Assembly: GCA_045605805.1 (NCBI GenBank) | Contig: JAZUQR010000012.1 | Span: forward strand, 1-42,827 | Reading direction: 5' to 3' | Source: Alphaproteobacteria bacterium | Lineage (GTDB): Bacteria; Pseudomonadota; Alphaproteobacteria; CAAHEQ01; UBA3637 | Length of the DNA: 42,827 bases | Part shown: positions 8,420-16,611 of the stretch, in pieces | Numbering within the stretch: the stretch's first letter is position 1 | How the letters are laid out: each line of letters starts with the position of its first letter | Made by a program: the position numbers and the translations under genes | The notes under the pieces: model-generated | Databases searched by the model: none | What the model was told of the DNA's origin: nothing | The model's input: only the letters and a program-made list of their open reading frames with translations

Positions 8420-9835
8420 TTGGAAGAATTGCTTGCAGACGAAAAAAGAACACTTGAAGAATTGGAAGAATCCTATGATGATGCATTGGCGCAAATAAAT
8501 GGCAGAATTGAAGCATTACTTGCCCGGCAGGATGCCGATATGCAACACGTTATATATCAGGTGGAGTATCAACGGCAATTAAAAACGCAGGTGCAAGCAA
8601 TCCTTGAAACATTGCAGACCAATGAATTTGAAACGGTATCACAGTACCTTACAAGGGCATACGAAAATGGTTTCTTTGGTACCATGTACGATATACACGG
8701 CCAAGGAATACCGCTTATATTCCCGATTGACCAAGCACAGGTTGTAGATGCTATCCGGAACGAAACGAAGTTATCTGAAAACCTATACACAGCCTTGGGG
8801 CATGATATAAAAGACCTGCAAAGGAAGATTGCCGGGGAAATTAGCCGGGGAATGTCACAGGGAATGAGCTATGACCAAATGGCAAGGAACATTGCTGCAT
8901 GGGCTAGGGTACCACAGAATAACGCAATGCGGATAGCAAGGACAGAAGCCCACAGAATAGGGTGCAGGGCTACATTTGATGCACAGAATAAGGCAAAGGC
9001 CAAGGGTGCGGATGTAGTAAAACAATGGGATGCTTCCTTGGATGGCAACACAAGACCAAACCACCGCAAATTAGACGGACAGATTCGGGAAATAGATGAA
9101 CCGTTTGAAGTTGGTGGAATGAAGGCAATGTATCCTGGAGATTTCGGGGACCCGGCAGAAGATTGTAATTGCAGATGTGCATTGTTACAACGTGCAAGAT
9201 GGGCTTTGGGTGCGGAAGAATTAGAAACATTGAAACAACGTGCAGAAGTCATGGGTGAATACGATTCATACAATGAATTTAGGGAATCCTATAATAATGC
9301 ATTGAATGAATTATTTTCTGAAAGACAACGTGGTCTATCCGCAAAGATAGGCGGTGAAGGATTTATCCCGGAGCATGAAGAACCCAAACTTATGGGGCAA
9401 ATTGATTTTAATAATCAGGATGCTATCATGGAAACAGTGTTGGATTTTGAAAGGGGAGCCATCAATAATACTATTGAAGAAGCTTGTGTTATTACTTCTT
9501 CCGGAAATGTGTACCGTTGTTATGGTGTAGCAGACGGTGTATACCCGGACTATGACTTGAATGATGATTTAACAGGTGCTATAATATCCCATAATCATCC
9601 GATAGAAGAAACGGCATATTCATTCAGTAAAAACGACTTACAACTATTCTTGGACTATAACCTTAATACTTTGCGTGGGTGTGATGAAATATATACCTAT
9701 GAATTTACAAGGAATGCGGATGATGTTGATGAACCATTGGAAGATTGGTTTACGGAAGAAAATTATCAGCATAGTTTGATGATAGAAAAAGCATTGGAAT
9801 ATGGCATAGGATACAGGAGATGGAAGAATGAATAA
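8420..9835 (+). CDS. MuF/SPP1 gp7 minor head protein with C-terminal JAB/MPN-like extension (true start possibly ATC at 8396)
   Basis: RIARTE, KQWDASLDGNTRPNHRKLDGQ, CNCRC MuF motifs; the extension carries E...HNHP...SFSxxD. Confidence 0.8.
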   Translation: MEELLADEKRTLEELEESYDDALAQINGRIEALLARQDADMQHVIYQVEYQRQLKTQVQAILETLQTNEFETVSQYLTRAYENGFFGTMYDIHGQGIPLIFPIDQAQVVDAIRNETKLSENLYTALGHDIKDLQRKIAGEISRGMSQGMSYDQMARNIAAWARVPQNNAMRIARTEAHRIGCRATFDAQNKAKAKGADVVKQWDASLDGNTRPNHRKLDGQIREIDEPFEVGGMKAMYPGDFGDPAEDCNCRCALLQRARWALGAEELETLKQRAEVMGEYDSYNEFRESYNNALNELFSERQRGLSAKIGGEGFIPEHEEPKLMGQIDFNNQDAIMETVLDFERGAINNTIEEACVITSSGNVYRCYGVADGVYPDYDLNDDLTGAIISHNHPIEETAYSFSKNDLQLFLDYNLNTLRGCDEIYTYEFTRNADDVDEPLEDWFTEENYQHSLMIEKALEYGIGYRRWKNE

Positions 9836-10028
9836 AAAACAGGCAGATATTGAAGCGAGAAAAATATTCCAAGAACATAATAAAAAAGCAGATGAAATTG
9901 TGAAAAAAGCAAAGGCAGAAGGCACATGGAAAATGGGGCTTGATTCAAATAATGGCCTGTTTAAAGATTTGGATAGAGAAACCAAAGAAAAAATAAGATT
10001 ACTTAAAGAAATGATAGACGAAGAATAG
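9828..10028 (+). CDS. Small protein coupled to MuF (putative immunity partner)
   Basis: 66 aa, overlaps the MuF stop, followed by a terminator. Confidence 0.55.
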   Translation: MNKKQADIEARKIFQEHNKKADEIVKKAKAEGTWKMGLDSNNGLFKDLDRETKEKIRLLKEMIDEE

Positions 10029-10063
10029 AAAGCATCTTGCAGACAATGGCAGGGTGCTTTTTT
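10029..10063 (+). terminator. Intrinsic terminator
   Basis: AAAGCATCTTGC-loop-GCAGGGTGCTTTTTT. Confidence 0.7.
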
Positions 10064-10081
10064 AATGCAATCAAAGATATT

Positions 10082-10108
10082 AAGGGTGGCCAATCGGCTG
10101 CCCTTTTT
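10082..10108 (+). terminator. Second intrinsic terminator
   Basis: AAGGGTGGCC-AATC-GGCTGCCCTTTTT. Confidence 0.65.
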
Positions 10109-10141
10109 ATATGCAAAAAATCAAGAAGGGAGAATGAGAAA

Positions 10142-10357
10142 ATGAAGATTGATTGGAAGCGGAAATTGACAAGCAGGAAGTTTTGGGCTGCCGTTGTTGG
10201 CTTCGTATCACCTACCATGATTGCCGTGGGAGCATCCCAAAGCGAAGTAACACAGGTTACCGCAATCATTATGGCAGGAGCCACACTTATTGCCTATATC
10301 ATAGGCGAAGGAATGACGGATGCAGCACTTACAGATAAGGAAAGCGAGGAAGAGTAA
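10142..10357 (+). CDS. Holin
   Basis: MKIDWKRKLTSRKFW, two hydrophobic helices, AYIIGEG..DAA; TAATG coupling to the amidase. Confidence 0.8.
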   Translation: MKIDWKRKLTSRKFWAAVVGFVSPTMIAVGASQSEVTQVTAIIMAGATLIAYIIGEGMTDAALTDKESEEE

Positions 10358-11115
10358 TGGGATATAAATTCAAAACCAACCTTGCAAACAAAGCCAATTT
10401 CGGAAAGGCAAGGGCTTTGTCAGATATTAAGTATATCGTGATCCATTACACCGGGAATGATGGGGATACAGACGAGAACAACGGAAAGTATTTCCGGAAT
10501 AACATTGTGAAAGCATCCGCACATTATTTTGTGGATGATGATTCCATCACACAATCTGTACCAGATGATTATGTGGCATATTCCGTGGGCGGTAAGCGGT
10601 ATTCCAATTATCAGACCACAGGCGGTGCTTCCTTGTATGGTAAAGCAACCAATGCCAACACACTGAACATTGAATTATGTGATGATGTGAAGAACGGCAA
10701 AGTATATCCATCCGCAGGGGTTATTGCCAATGCGATAGAACTTGTTAAAACCAAGATGGCACAGTATAACATCCCGGCATCCAATGTTATCCGTCACTTT
10801 GATGTGAATGGGAAGGGATGCCCGGCATATTGGAGCGGTACCGCAGAAAAGAATGCATTGTGGCAGACGGAATTTAAGGATAAGCTTACCGGGGTAACCA
10901 CAACAACCAAAGCGGAAAACACCGCATATTATCCAAAATACACCGGGAACACCACAAGCATTGTAACAGCACTGAATGCTATTGGGGTGGATGGTTCCTA
11001 TCAGTATAGGAAAAAGATTGCGGTAGCCAATGGCATTGTAGGATATGCCGGAACGGTATCACAAAATACAAGGCTTTTAAATCTGTTAAAGGCCGGACAA
11101 TTAAAGAAAGCATAA
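10357..11115 (+). CDS. Endolysin: N-acetylmuramoyl-L-alanine amidase (Amidase_2) with C-terminal cell-wall-binding domain
   Basis: YIVIHYTGN, SAHYFVD, IELC, RHFDVNGKGCP Zn ligands; C-terminal SIV.AL..IG.D.S...RKKIA..NGI..Y.GT..QN. Confidence 0.9.
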   Translation: MGYKFKTNLANKANFGKARALSDIKYIVIHYTGNDGDTDENNGKYFRNNIVKASAHYFVDDDSITQSVPDDYVAYSVGGKRYSNYQTTGGASLYGKATNANTLNIELCDDVKNGKVYPSAGVIANAIELVKTKMAQYNIPASNVIRHFDVNGKGCPAYWSGTAEKNALWQTEFKDKLTGVTTTTKAENTAYYPKYTGNTTSIVTALNAIGVDGSYQYRKKIAVANGIVGYAGTVSQNTRLLNLLKAGQLKKA

Positions 11116-11116
11116 T

Positions 11117-11139
11117 AGGCATCCAAAAGGGTGCCTTTT
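11117..11139 (+). terminator. Intrinsic terminator-like hairpin
   Basis: AGGCATCC-AAAA-GGGTGCCTTTT. Confidence 0.55.
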
Positions 11140-11143
11140 ATAA

Positions 11144-11245
11144 TGCCCGGAAGGTGGCATATATACCTTCACATTATGCCCTGCCATAAGGCATATAAAC
11201 TGGGCTTGTCAGTGGTGACACCACATATAAAAACGCAGACAAAGA
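11144..11245 (+). ncRNA. Structured leader upstream of scaffold gene (possible GP20-type cis-regulatory RNA)
   Basis: Three successive hairpins, each with an ATATA(AA) internal tract. Confidence 0.4.
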
Positions 11246-11256
11246 AAGGAAAAGAC

Positions 11257-11943
11257 ATGGAATTTTTAAAAGAGTTATTGGGTGAAGAACTTTTCACGCA
11301 GCTTGAAAGCAGAATCAATGAGCATAACGGAAACGAAGCCAACAAGGACAATCAGATTAAGATTGGAAACCTGGGAAAAGGGGAGTATGTAAGCACAAGC
11401 AAGTACAATGCTTTGCAGGATGCCCTGAACGGCAAGGATGCGGAAATCACAAATGCAAACAAACTGATTGCAGATTTGAAAAAAGCATCCGAAGGCAACG
11501 AAGATATGCAGAAGAAAATCACCGATTACGAAGCAGAAAACGCAAGGCTTCAGGGAGAGTTGAAAGAAACAGAAATCCGGTATGCCTTCGAGGTTCTATT
11601 GATGGATGCAGGTGTTAAGGACAAAGACGAAAGGGAGTTTCTTGTGTATAAGCACGAAAAGAAACTGAAAGAAGAAGGAAAGTCTTTGGAACTTGATGAA
11701 AACAAGCACATCAAAGGCGGTGATGCTATTGTTGATAGCCTGAAAACACAGTTTCCGGCAAAATTCAACAATGGCGGTGCAGAAGGCGGTGATGGTTATG
11801 TTCCGGTGGATAACACAGGACTTCCCAAGAACTTTGAAAACAAGACGGTCACAAGGGAACAGTTTTTACAGATGGGCTACAATGACCGTTTGAAATTGAA
11901 GCAGGAAAACGAGCAGCTTTATAAACAGCTTGCAAAAAATTAA
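11257..11943 (+). CDS. Capsid scaffolding protein (GP20-like)
   Basis: MEFLKELLGEELF...GEYVSTSKY, coiled coil; precedes the major capsid gene; GAAAGGA RBS. Confidence 0.85.
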   Translation: MEFLKELLGEELFTQLESRINEHNGNEANKDNQIKIGNLGKGEYVSTSKYNALQDALNGKDAEITNANKLIADLKKASEGNEDMQKKITDYEAENARLQGELKETEIRYAFEVLLMDAGVKDKDEREFLVYKHEKKLKEEGKSLELDENKHIKGGDAIVDSLKTQFPAKFNNGGAEGGDGYVPVDNTGLPKNFENKTVTREQFLQMGYNDRLKLKQENEQLYKQLAKN

Positions 11944-11963
11944 GAAAAGAGAGGTAAAAGATT

Positions 11964-12989
11964 ATGCCGAGAACAGGAAATTTTGGTGGATTTGTATTTG
12001 ATGAAGAAGTTTTTGCAGACATGATGCAGGAGCAGGACTTTTGGAAAAATGAAATTGCTGCATCCGGAATCGTACATCAGGATTCCACAATCATGGATTT
12101 GATTGGTACAAAGGGAAATGTTGCAACCATTCCCATCTATAAGCCGTTGAACGCGCATGATGAAAACATGGCAGCATTGAACAATGACGGTGAAACCGAC
12201 AACGTACCTGTGGAAATCTCCGGTGATAAGCAGACTTGTATGCTTATTCAGAGAATGAAAGCATTTAAGGCAAAGGATTTCACAAAGGAATTGACAGGTG
12301 CCGATCCGTTGGGTCTTATCAAGAATAAGATTGCAAACTACTATACCCAGGTATGGGAAGTAGAACTTATGAACATTGCAAACGCAATCCTTGGTGTGGC
12401 TGCACTTAGCGAACACATCACGGACCTTTCTATCACAGAAGGAACCGTTGCAGATACCAACATGATTGATGCAACAACCATGATTGATGCAGAGCAGAAA
12501 GCCCTTGGTGATATGGCAGGTGGCCTTGGTCTTGCAATCATGCATTCCAAGATTTTTGCAAAGTATAAGAAACTTGGCCTTGTGGAATACGGAAAATACA
12601 CCGTAGGAAACGCAATCAGACAGGACATTGAACTTCCTACCATTAACGGTAAGATTCCTTTGGTAACTGATTACTACACCGTGGATACTACCACAGCAGG
12701 ATTCCCGGTATTTAGAACTTACTTATTTGGTGAAGGTGCATTCCTTTCCGCAGATAAGAAGAACTATGAGAAACAGTACACAACCAATTATGATCCGGAA
12801 ACATCCGCAGGTGTTGACAAATTCTACACTAAGCAGGGTAGAGTGCTGCATCCTAACGGTCTTTCCCTTGCGGTGGATAACATTGCAAAAGAATCTCCGA
12901 CACAGGCAGAGCTTGGAACCGTTGATAATTGGTCTTTGAAGTTCAATCCTAAGAATGTAAAAATCGGCTTGATTAAGTCCAACGGCTAA
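11964..12989 (+). CDS. Major capsid protein
   Basis: 341 aa after the scaffold; F..EVF, AIMHSKIF, HPNGLS, NWSL. Confidence 0.85.
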   Translation: MPRTGNFGGFVFDEEVFADMMQEQDFWKNEIAASGIVHQDSTIMDLIGTKGNVATIPIYKPLNAHDENMAALNNDGETDNVPVEISGDKQTCMLIQRMKAFKAKDFTKELTGADPLGLIKNKIANYYTQVWEVELMNIANAILGVAALSEHITDLSITEGTVADTNMIDATTMIDAEQKALGDMAGGLGLAIMHSKIFAKYKKLGLVEYGKYTVGNAIRQDIELPTINGKIPLVTDYYTVDTTTAGFPVFRTYLFGEGAFLSADKKNYEKQYTTNYDPETSAGVDKFYTKQGRVLHPNGLSLAVDNIAKESPTQAELGTVDNWSLKFNPKNVKIGLIKSNG

Positions 12990-13006
12990 GGAAAGGGGGC
13001 AAAACC

Positions 13007-13234
13007 ATGAACAGATTTGTAATTGTTGATGGGTTGCCTTATCTGTTAGCGAACGGAAAGACATACAAAGTCAGATGGGATGATAAAGGATTCACAGTGG
13101 GTGCGGAAGTAAAACTTGCTTCCGTGCCTTCCGTGACTTATTGCGAATTGTCCATTAAGGCTAAGTGTGCCGGGAAGCTTGACAGCATAGGGAAAGAAGC
13201 ACCTAAAAAGGCAGCAAAGAAGAAAGAAGAATAG
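13007..13234 (+). CDS. Hypothetical head-associated protein
   Basis: ORF with strong RBS between capsid and connector genes. Confidence 0.6.
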   Translation: MNRFVIVDGLPYLLANGKTYKVRWDDKGFTVGAEVKLASVPSVTYCELSIKAKCAGKLDSIGKEAPKKAAKKKEE

Positions 13235-13245
13235 GCGGTGATTTT

Positions 13246-13764
13246 ATGATAATGACCGTTGAAGAATTGAAGGAATATGTCAAAACAGATAAAACCGATA
13301 AGGAACTGGAAGGGATTCTTCGGGCTATCGAATTGGCAATCCGGAAATACACAAACAACAACTTTCAGAAGCAGAGCATCCGGACTTCATGCCCGGTAAT
13401 GGCACAGAAATTATACACTGATTATCCGCTTTTTAAGGTGGGTGATACCGTGCAGGTTTCACAATCCATCTATAATGATGGCATCTATACGGTGGAAGCG
13501 GTGGAAGATGGCTTTTTGTCTTTGGATAAATTGCTGATTGATGAAAATAAAGTGCTTTGTACCAAGGTAGAATACCCGGAAGATGTGAAGATGGGTGTTG
13601 TCAATATGATTAAGTGGGATATGAAAAAGAAAGTCGGTGTGCAATCGGAAACGATTTCCCGGCATTCGGTAACCTATTTCAACATGGATGGGGAAAATTC
13701 CACAATCGGTTATCCAAAATCCTTACTTGGCTTTTTGAAACATTATAAAAAGGCTAGGTTTTAG
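13246..13764 (+). CDS. Head-tail connector (adaptor)
   Basis: MIMTVEELK..., IRKYTNNNF, GVQSETISRHSVTY, GYPKSLLGFL. Confidence 0.8.
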   Translation: MIMTVEELKEYVKTDKTDKELEGILRAIELAIRKYTNNNFQKQSIRTSCPVMAQKLYTDYPLFKVGDTVQVSQSIYNDGIYTVEAVEDGFLSLDKLLIDENKVLCTKVEYPEDVKMGVVNMIKWDMKKKVGVQSETISRHSVTYFNMDGENSTIGYPKSLLGFLKHYKKARF

Positions 13765-13775
13765 GGGGTGTGTGC

Positions 13776-14114
13776 ATGGATATTGGTGGAAATCAGTATT
13801 TGCATTTGCAGATGCTTGATGAATCAACAGAAAATACCATAGCGGAAGATGTACTTGAATGGAAAAGGGTGCATTCCTTATGGGGATTTCTTGATTTAAT
13901 GAGCGGTGATGCAAAGTACAATTACAACGCAAAAATTCAGGAATCAACACACATCTTCATAGCGGACTATGAGCCGTTGCCGGAAGGCTTGACAGCGGAA
14001 AATTGCAGGGCTATGGATGAAAATGGCCTTATATATGAAGTAACCTTGATGGATGATCCAATGAATCTGCATGAACAGTGGGAAATCTTCTTGAAATACA
14101 CAGGGGGGCAATAA
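13776..14114 (+). CDS. Head closure protein
   Basis: Position; WG.LD, ESTHIFIADY, YEVTLMDDPM. Confidence 0.75.
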   Translation: MDIGGNQYLHLQMLDESTENTIAEDVLEWKRVHSLWGFLDLMSGDAKYNYNAKIQESTHIFIADYEPLPEGLTAENCRAMDENGLIYEVTLMDDPMNLHEQWEIFLKYTGGQ

Positions 14115-14115
14115 T

Positions 14116-14613
14116 ATGGCGGTGGAGTTTACAGACAATAGCATGAAAGTAAAGGAAGCCTTAAATGATGCCGTTATTGCCTTTCTGTATGAAGCAGGTG
14201 GAGAACTGGAAGCACAGACCAAGCGGAACAGCAGACCTGTAAAGTATGGTCGGCATGATGTTAAAAATTCATGGAAATATACCGTGGATGAAGATGAAAA
14301 AGAAGCAAAAGTCGGAAGTGAATTGGAAGCATCCTATTGGGAAGAGTTAGGCACCGGGGAACACGCATTGAATAAGGATGGTCGTAAAGGTTGGTGGGTG
14401 TATGTGGAAGGCAATGATACACCACGGAGCAATCAGAAGTATTACACAGAAGAGGAAGCCAAGAGTGTGGCTGCATCCCTTAGAAGTAAGGGGTTGGATG
14501 CACACGCAACAAACGGAACGGAAGCCAACAGGCCATTGTTCAGGGCATTTAGTTCATTAAAAGCCGGGATAATAAGAAGGGCAGCGGAAACCATAGGGGC
14601 GAGGATGGAATAA
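14116..14613 (+). CDS. HK97 gp10-like neck protein
   Basis: VEFTDNS, SWKY.VDE, VGS....WEELGTG, RPLFRAF. Confidence 0.8.
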   Translation: MAVEFTDNSMKVKEALNDAVIAFLYEAGGELEAQTKRNSRPVKYGRHDVKNSWKYTVDEDEKEAKVGSELEASYWEELGTGEHALNKDGRKGWWVYVEGNDTPRSNQKYYTEEEAKSVAASLRSKGLDAHATNGTEANRPLFRAFSSLKAGIIRRAAETIGARME

Positions 14614-14987
14614 TGGAAATCGTAACATTGAATTATCTTTCCAAAGTGATGAAAGAAGAATTGAAACTCAACTACCGCTTCAAGCGGTGGAAAACAAAAC
14701 CTGCATATCCTTATTACACAGGAAGTTATGTGGAAAAATCACCATTGAATGAAGATGGATTGCAGGAATCCACTTTCATTTTGGAAGGGCATAACAGAGG
14801 TTCTTCTATTGTTTTAGAGGAAGATAAGAAAAAGATAAAAGAATATTTTAAAGATGGAAAAACAGCCAAGATGGAAGATGGAACCGTTGTGGCTGTTTTT
14901 TATTCTGATTCTTCCCCGGTAGATACTGTGGATGCGGAATTGGACAAGATACAAATAAATTTAGATGTAAAGGAGTGGAGTAAATGA
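14613..14987 (+). CDS. Tail terminator protein
   Basis: Position before the major tail protein; PAYPYYTGSY, KIQINLDVKEW. Confidence 0.7.
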   Translation: MEIVTLNYLSKVMKEELKLNYRFKRWKTKPAYPYYTGSYVEKSPLNEDGLQESTFILEGHNRGSSIVLEEDKKKIKEYFKDGKTAKMEDGTVVAVFYSDSSPVDTVDAELDKIQINLDVKEWSK

Positions 14988-15739
14988 GAAAATCAGGTAT
15001 TACAAAATCAACACCGAATGATTTTTTGCTGAATGCCGGAGTGGTATTCAAGAATTTTAAGTGGGTGTGGAGCCTTGCCACCGAAGATTCAGAAGGAAAC
15101 TATCCGGATGGTTCTATTGAGATTGTGGCAGACGGTACCAAAGAAACAGAATCCACGATTCAGTTAAAGAAGGTTGCAAGCCCCGGTGTATCATTCATTG
15201 GATTGGCAGCCGATTACACAGCACCTAAAGTAGGTGATCATATCATTGGTGCATGGGATGATTCAGACGAAAATGTTCTTGGTGCAACATCCGGGGGCAA
15301 TAAGCTTTCTATTTTGTCCGAATTAACACCTATTGAAGTGGATGGTGCTTTGGTTAAGGTTAAAGGCTTAACACAGAAAACAGGCGAAACAGGAAGCCTG
15401 GAAACAAATCTTGCACAGCATACGAAGGAATCCTTCATTCGTGCGATTATCGGTAAAGAAGTGGAATCTCTTATTAAGGGATATACACAGCTTACCACCA
15501 AATCATTGATTGAAGCATCCGACTATTTGGACAACATTGCTTTTGTAGGCACCATGTCAGATGGTACGGAATGCATTGTCATTATGGAAAATGCCCTTTG
15601 TACTTCCGGGCTTGAATTGGAGCCTAAGAACAAAGAAACAGCGGTATTGAAAGCAACATTTGAGTGCAACGCAGACTTTGATGATGCACACGATACCTTG
15701 CCTATCTATATTTTTGTACCCAACAAAGAAGCAGCATAA
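14984..15739 (+). CDS. Major tail (tube) protein
   Basis: LLNAGVVFKN, LGATSGG, IEVDG, ENALCTSG; single copy. Confidence 0.85.
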   Translation: MRKSGITKSTPNDFLLNAGVVFKNFKWVWSLATEDSEGNYPDGSIEIVADGTKETESTIQLKKVASPGVSFIGLAADYTAPKVGDHIIGAWDDSDENVLGATSGGNKLSILSELTPIEVDGALVKVKGLTQKTGETGSLETNLAQHTKESFIRAIIGKEVESLIKGYTQLTTKSLIEASDYLDNIAFVGTMSDGTECIVIMENALCTSGLELEPKNKETAVLKATFECNADFDDAHDTLPIYIFVPNKEAA

Positions 15740-15756
15740 GAAGGAGAAGATAACCC

Positions 15757-16272
15757 ATGGATAATAATGCGATTATGGCCAATACAGTTAAAGAAGGCGA
15801 AGTTTTATTGAGCCAGGAAGAGATTGTGCGATTAGCAAACACAGTGGCACCGGAAAAGGCATCCGTTGAAAGACCTTATACATTAAGGAAATTGAAGGAT
15901 GCAGACTTGTTTCCGTTGCTGCAGCTTTTAAGAAAGCTTGGATTTAAAGAAATGAAAGAAACCTTTAACGAGTATAAAGGAAAGTTTAAATTCAATAAAA
16001 ATGATTATGCAACCGAGGAAGAAGCACAGAAGGCTTTGAAGGAAATGAAGGAATCCGCAGGGGTGGATATTGTATTTGAGATGGCAGACTTTATGATTTC
16101 CAAACTTGGAACGCATAGTGATGCAATCTATGATTTCTTTTCTACCTTGGCAGGTGTTCCGGCTGATACCATCAAACAGATGGAATTTGGTACATTACCG
16201 CTTATGATCTATGATACATTCGGTGAGGTAAAGAATACGGCTTTTTTCAAGGTGCTTACCAAATCGCTTTAG
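15757..16272 (+). CDS. Tail assembly chaperone (gpG-like)
   Basis: Between tail tube and TMP; ends ...AFFK at a slippery site. Confidence 0.75.
   Translation: MDNNAIMANTVKEGEVLLSQEEIVRLANTVAPEKASVERPYTLRKLKDADLFPLLQLLRKLGFKEMKETFNEYKGKFKFNKNDYATEEEAQKALKEMKESAGVDIVFEMADFMISKLGTHSDAIYDFFSTLAGVPADTIKQMEFGTLPLMIYDTFGEVKNTAFFKVLTKSL
16242..16248 (+). promoter_or_regulatory. -1 programmed frameshift slippery heptamer T TTT TTC
   Basis: The -1 frame from this site is open (FQGAYQIALVGEM) into ORF 16272-16604, as in lambda G/GT. Confidence 0.75.
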
Positions 16273-16604
16273 TGGGTGAAATGGAGTTCATGGACTTGCT
16301 ATTTTCGAGATATGCAAGTCCTATGGACTTCATGAAGCTTTACATTGACCAGGGGCGGTTTGGTGAATTTGTTTCCGGGATTCTTACAATGGATGATAAA
16401 CGGAAGCAAGAAGAAAAAGAAAAAGAAGATGATAACAAATTGTGGTTTGCTTACCTTATGAGTATGTCAGATAAGAACTTTGAAGCATGGAAGAAAGATT
16501 TGACAAAAACGAAGGCGCCGGAATCATACGCAATGACGGATGAACAGGTGGAAGCAGCCAAGCAAAAAGCGAAGGGAATTATGAAGAAGATTTCCCCGAC
16601 ATAA
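16272..16604 (+). CDS. Tail assembly chaperone C-terminal part (gpT-like)
   Basis: MDLLFSRYASP; reached by the -1 frameshift. Confidence 0.7.
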   Translation: MGEMEFMDLLFSRYASPMDFMKLYIDQGRFGEFVSGILTMDDKRKQEEKEKEDDNKLWFAYLMSMSDKNFEAWKKDLTKTKAPESYAMTDEQVEAAKQKAKGIMKKISPT

Positions 16605-16611
16605 AAGGTGA

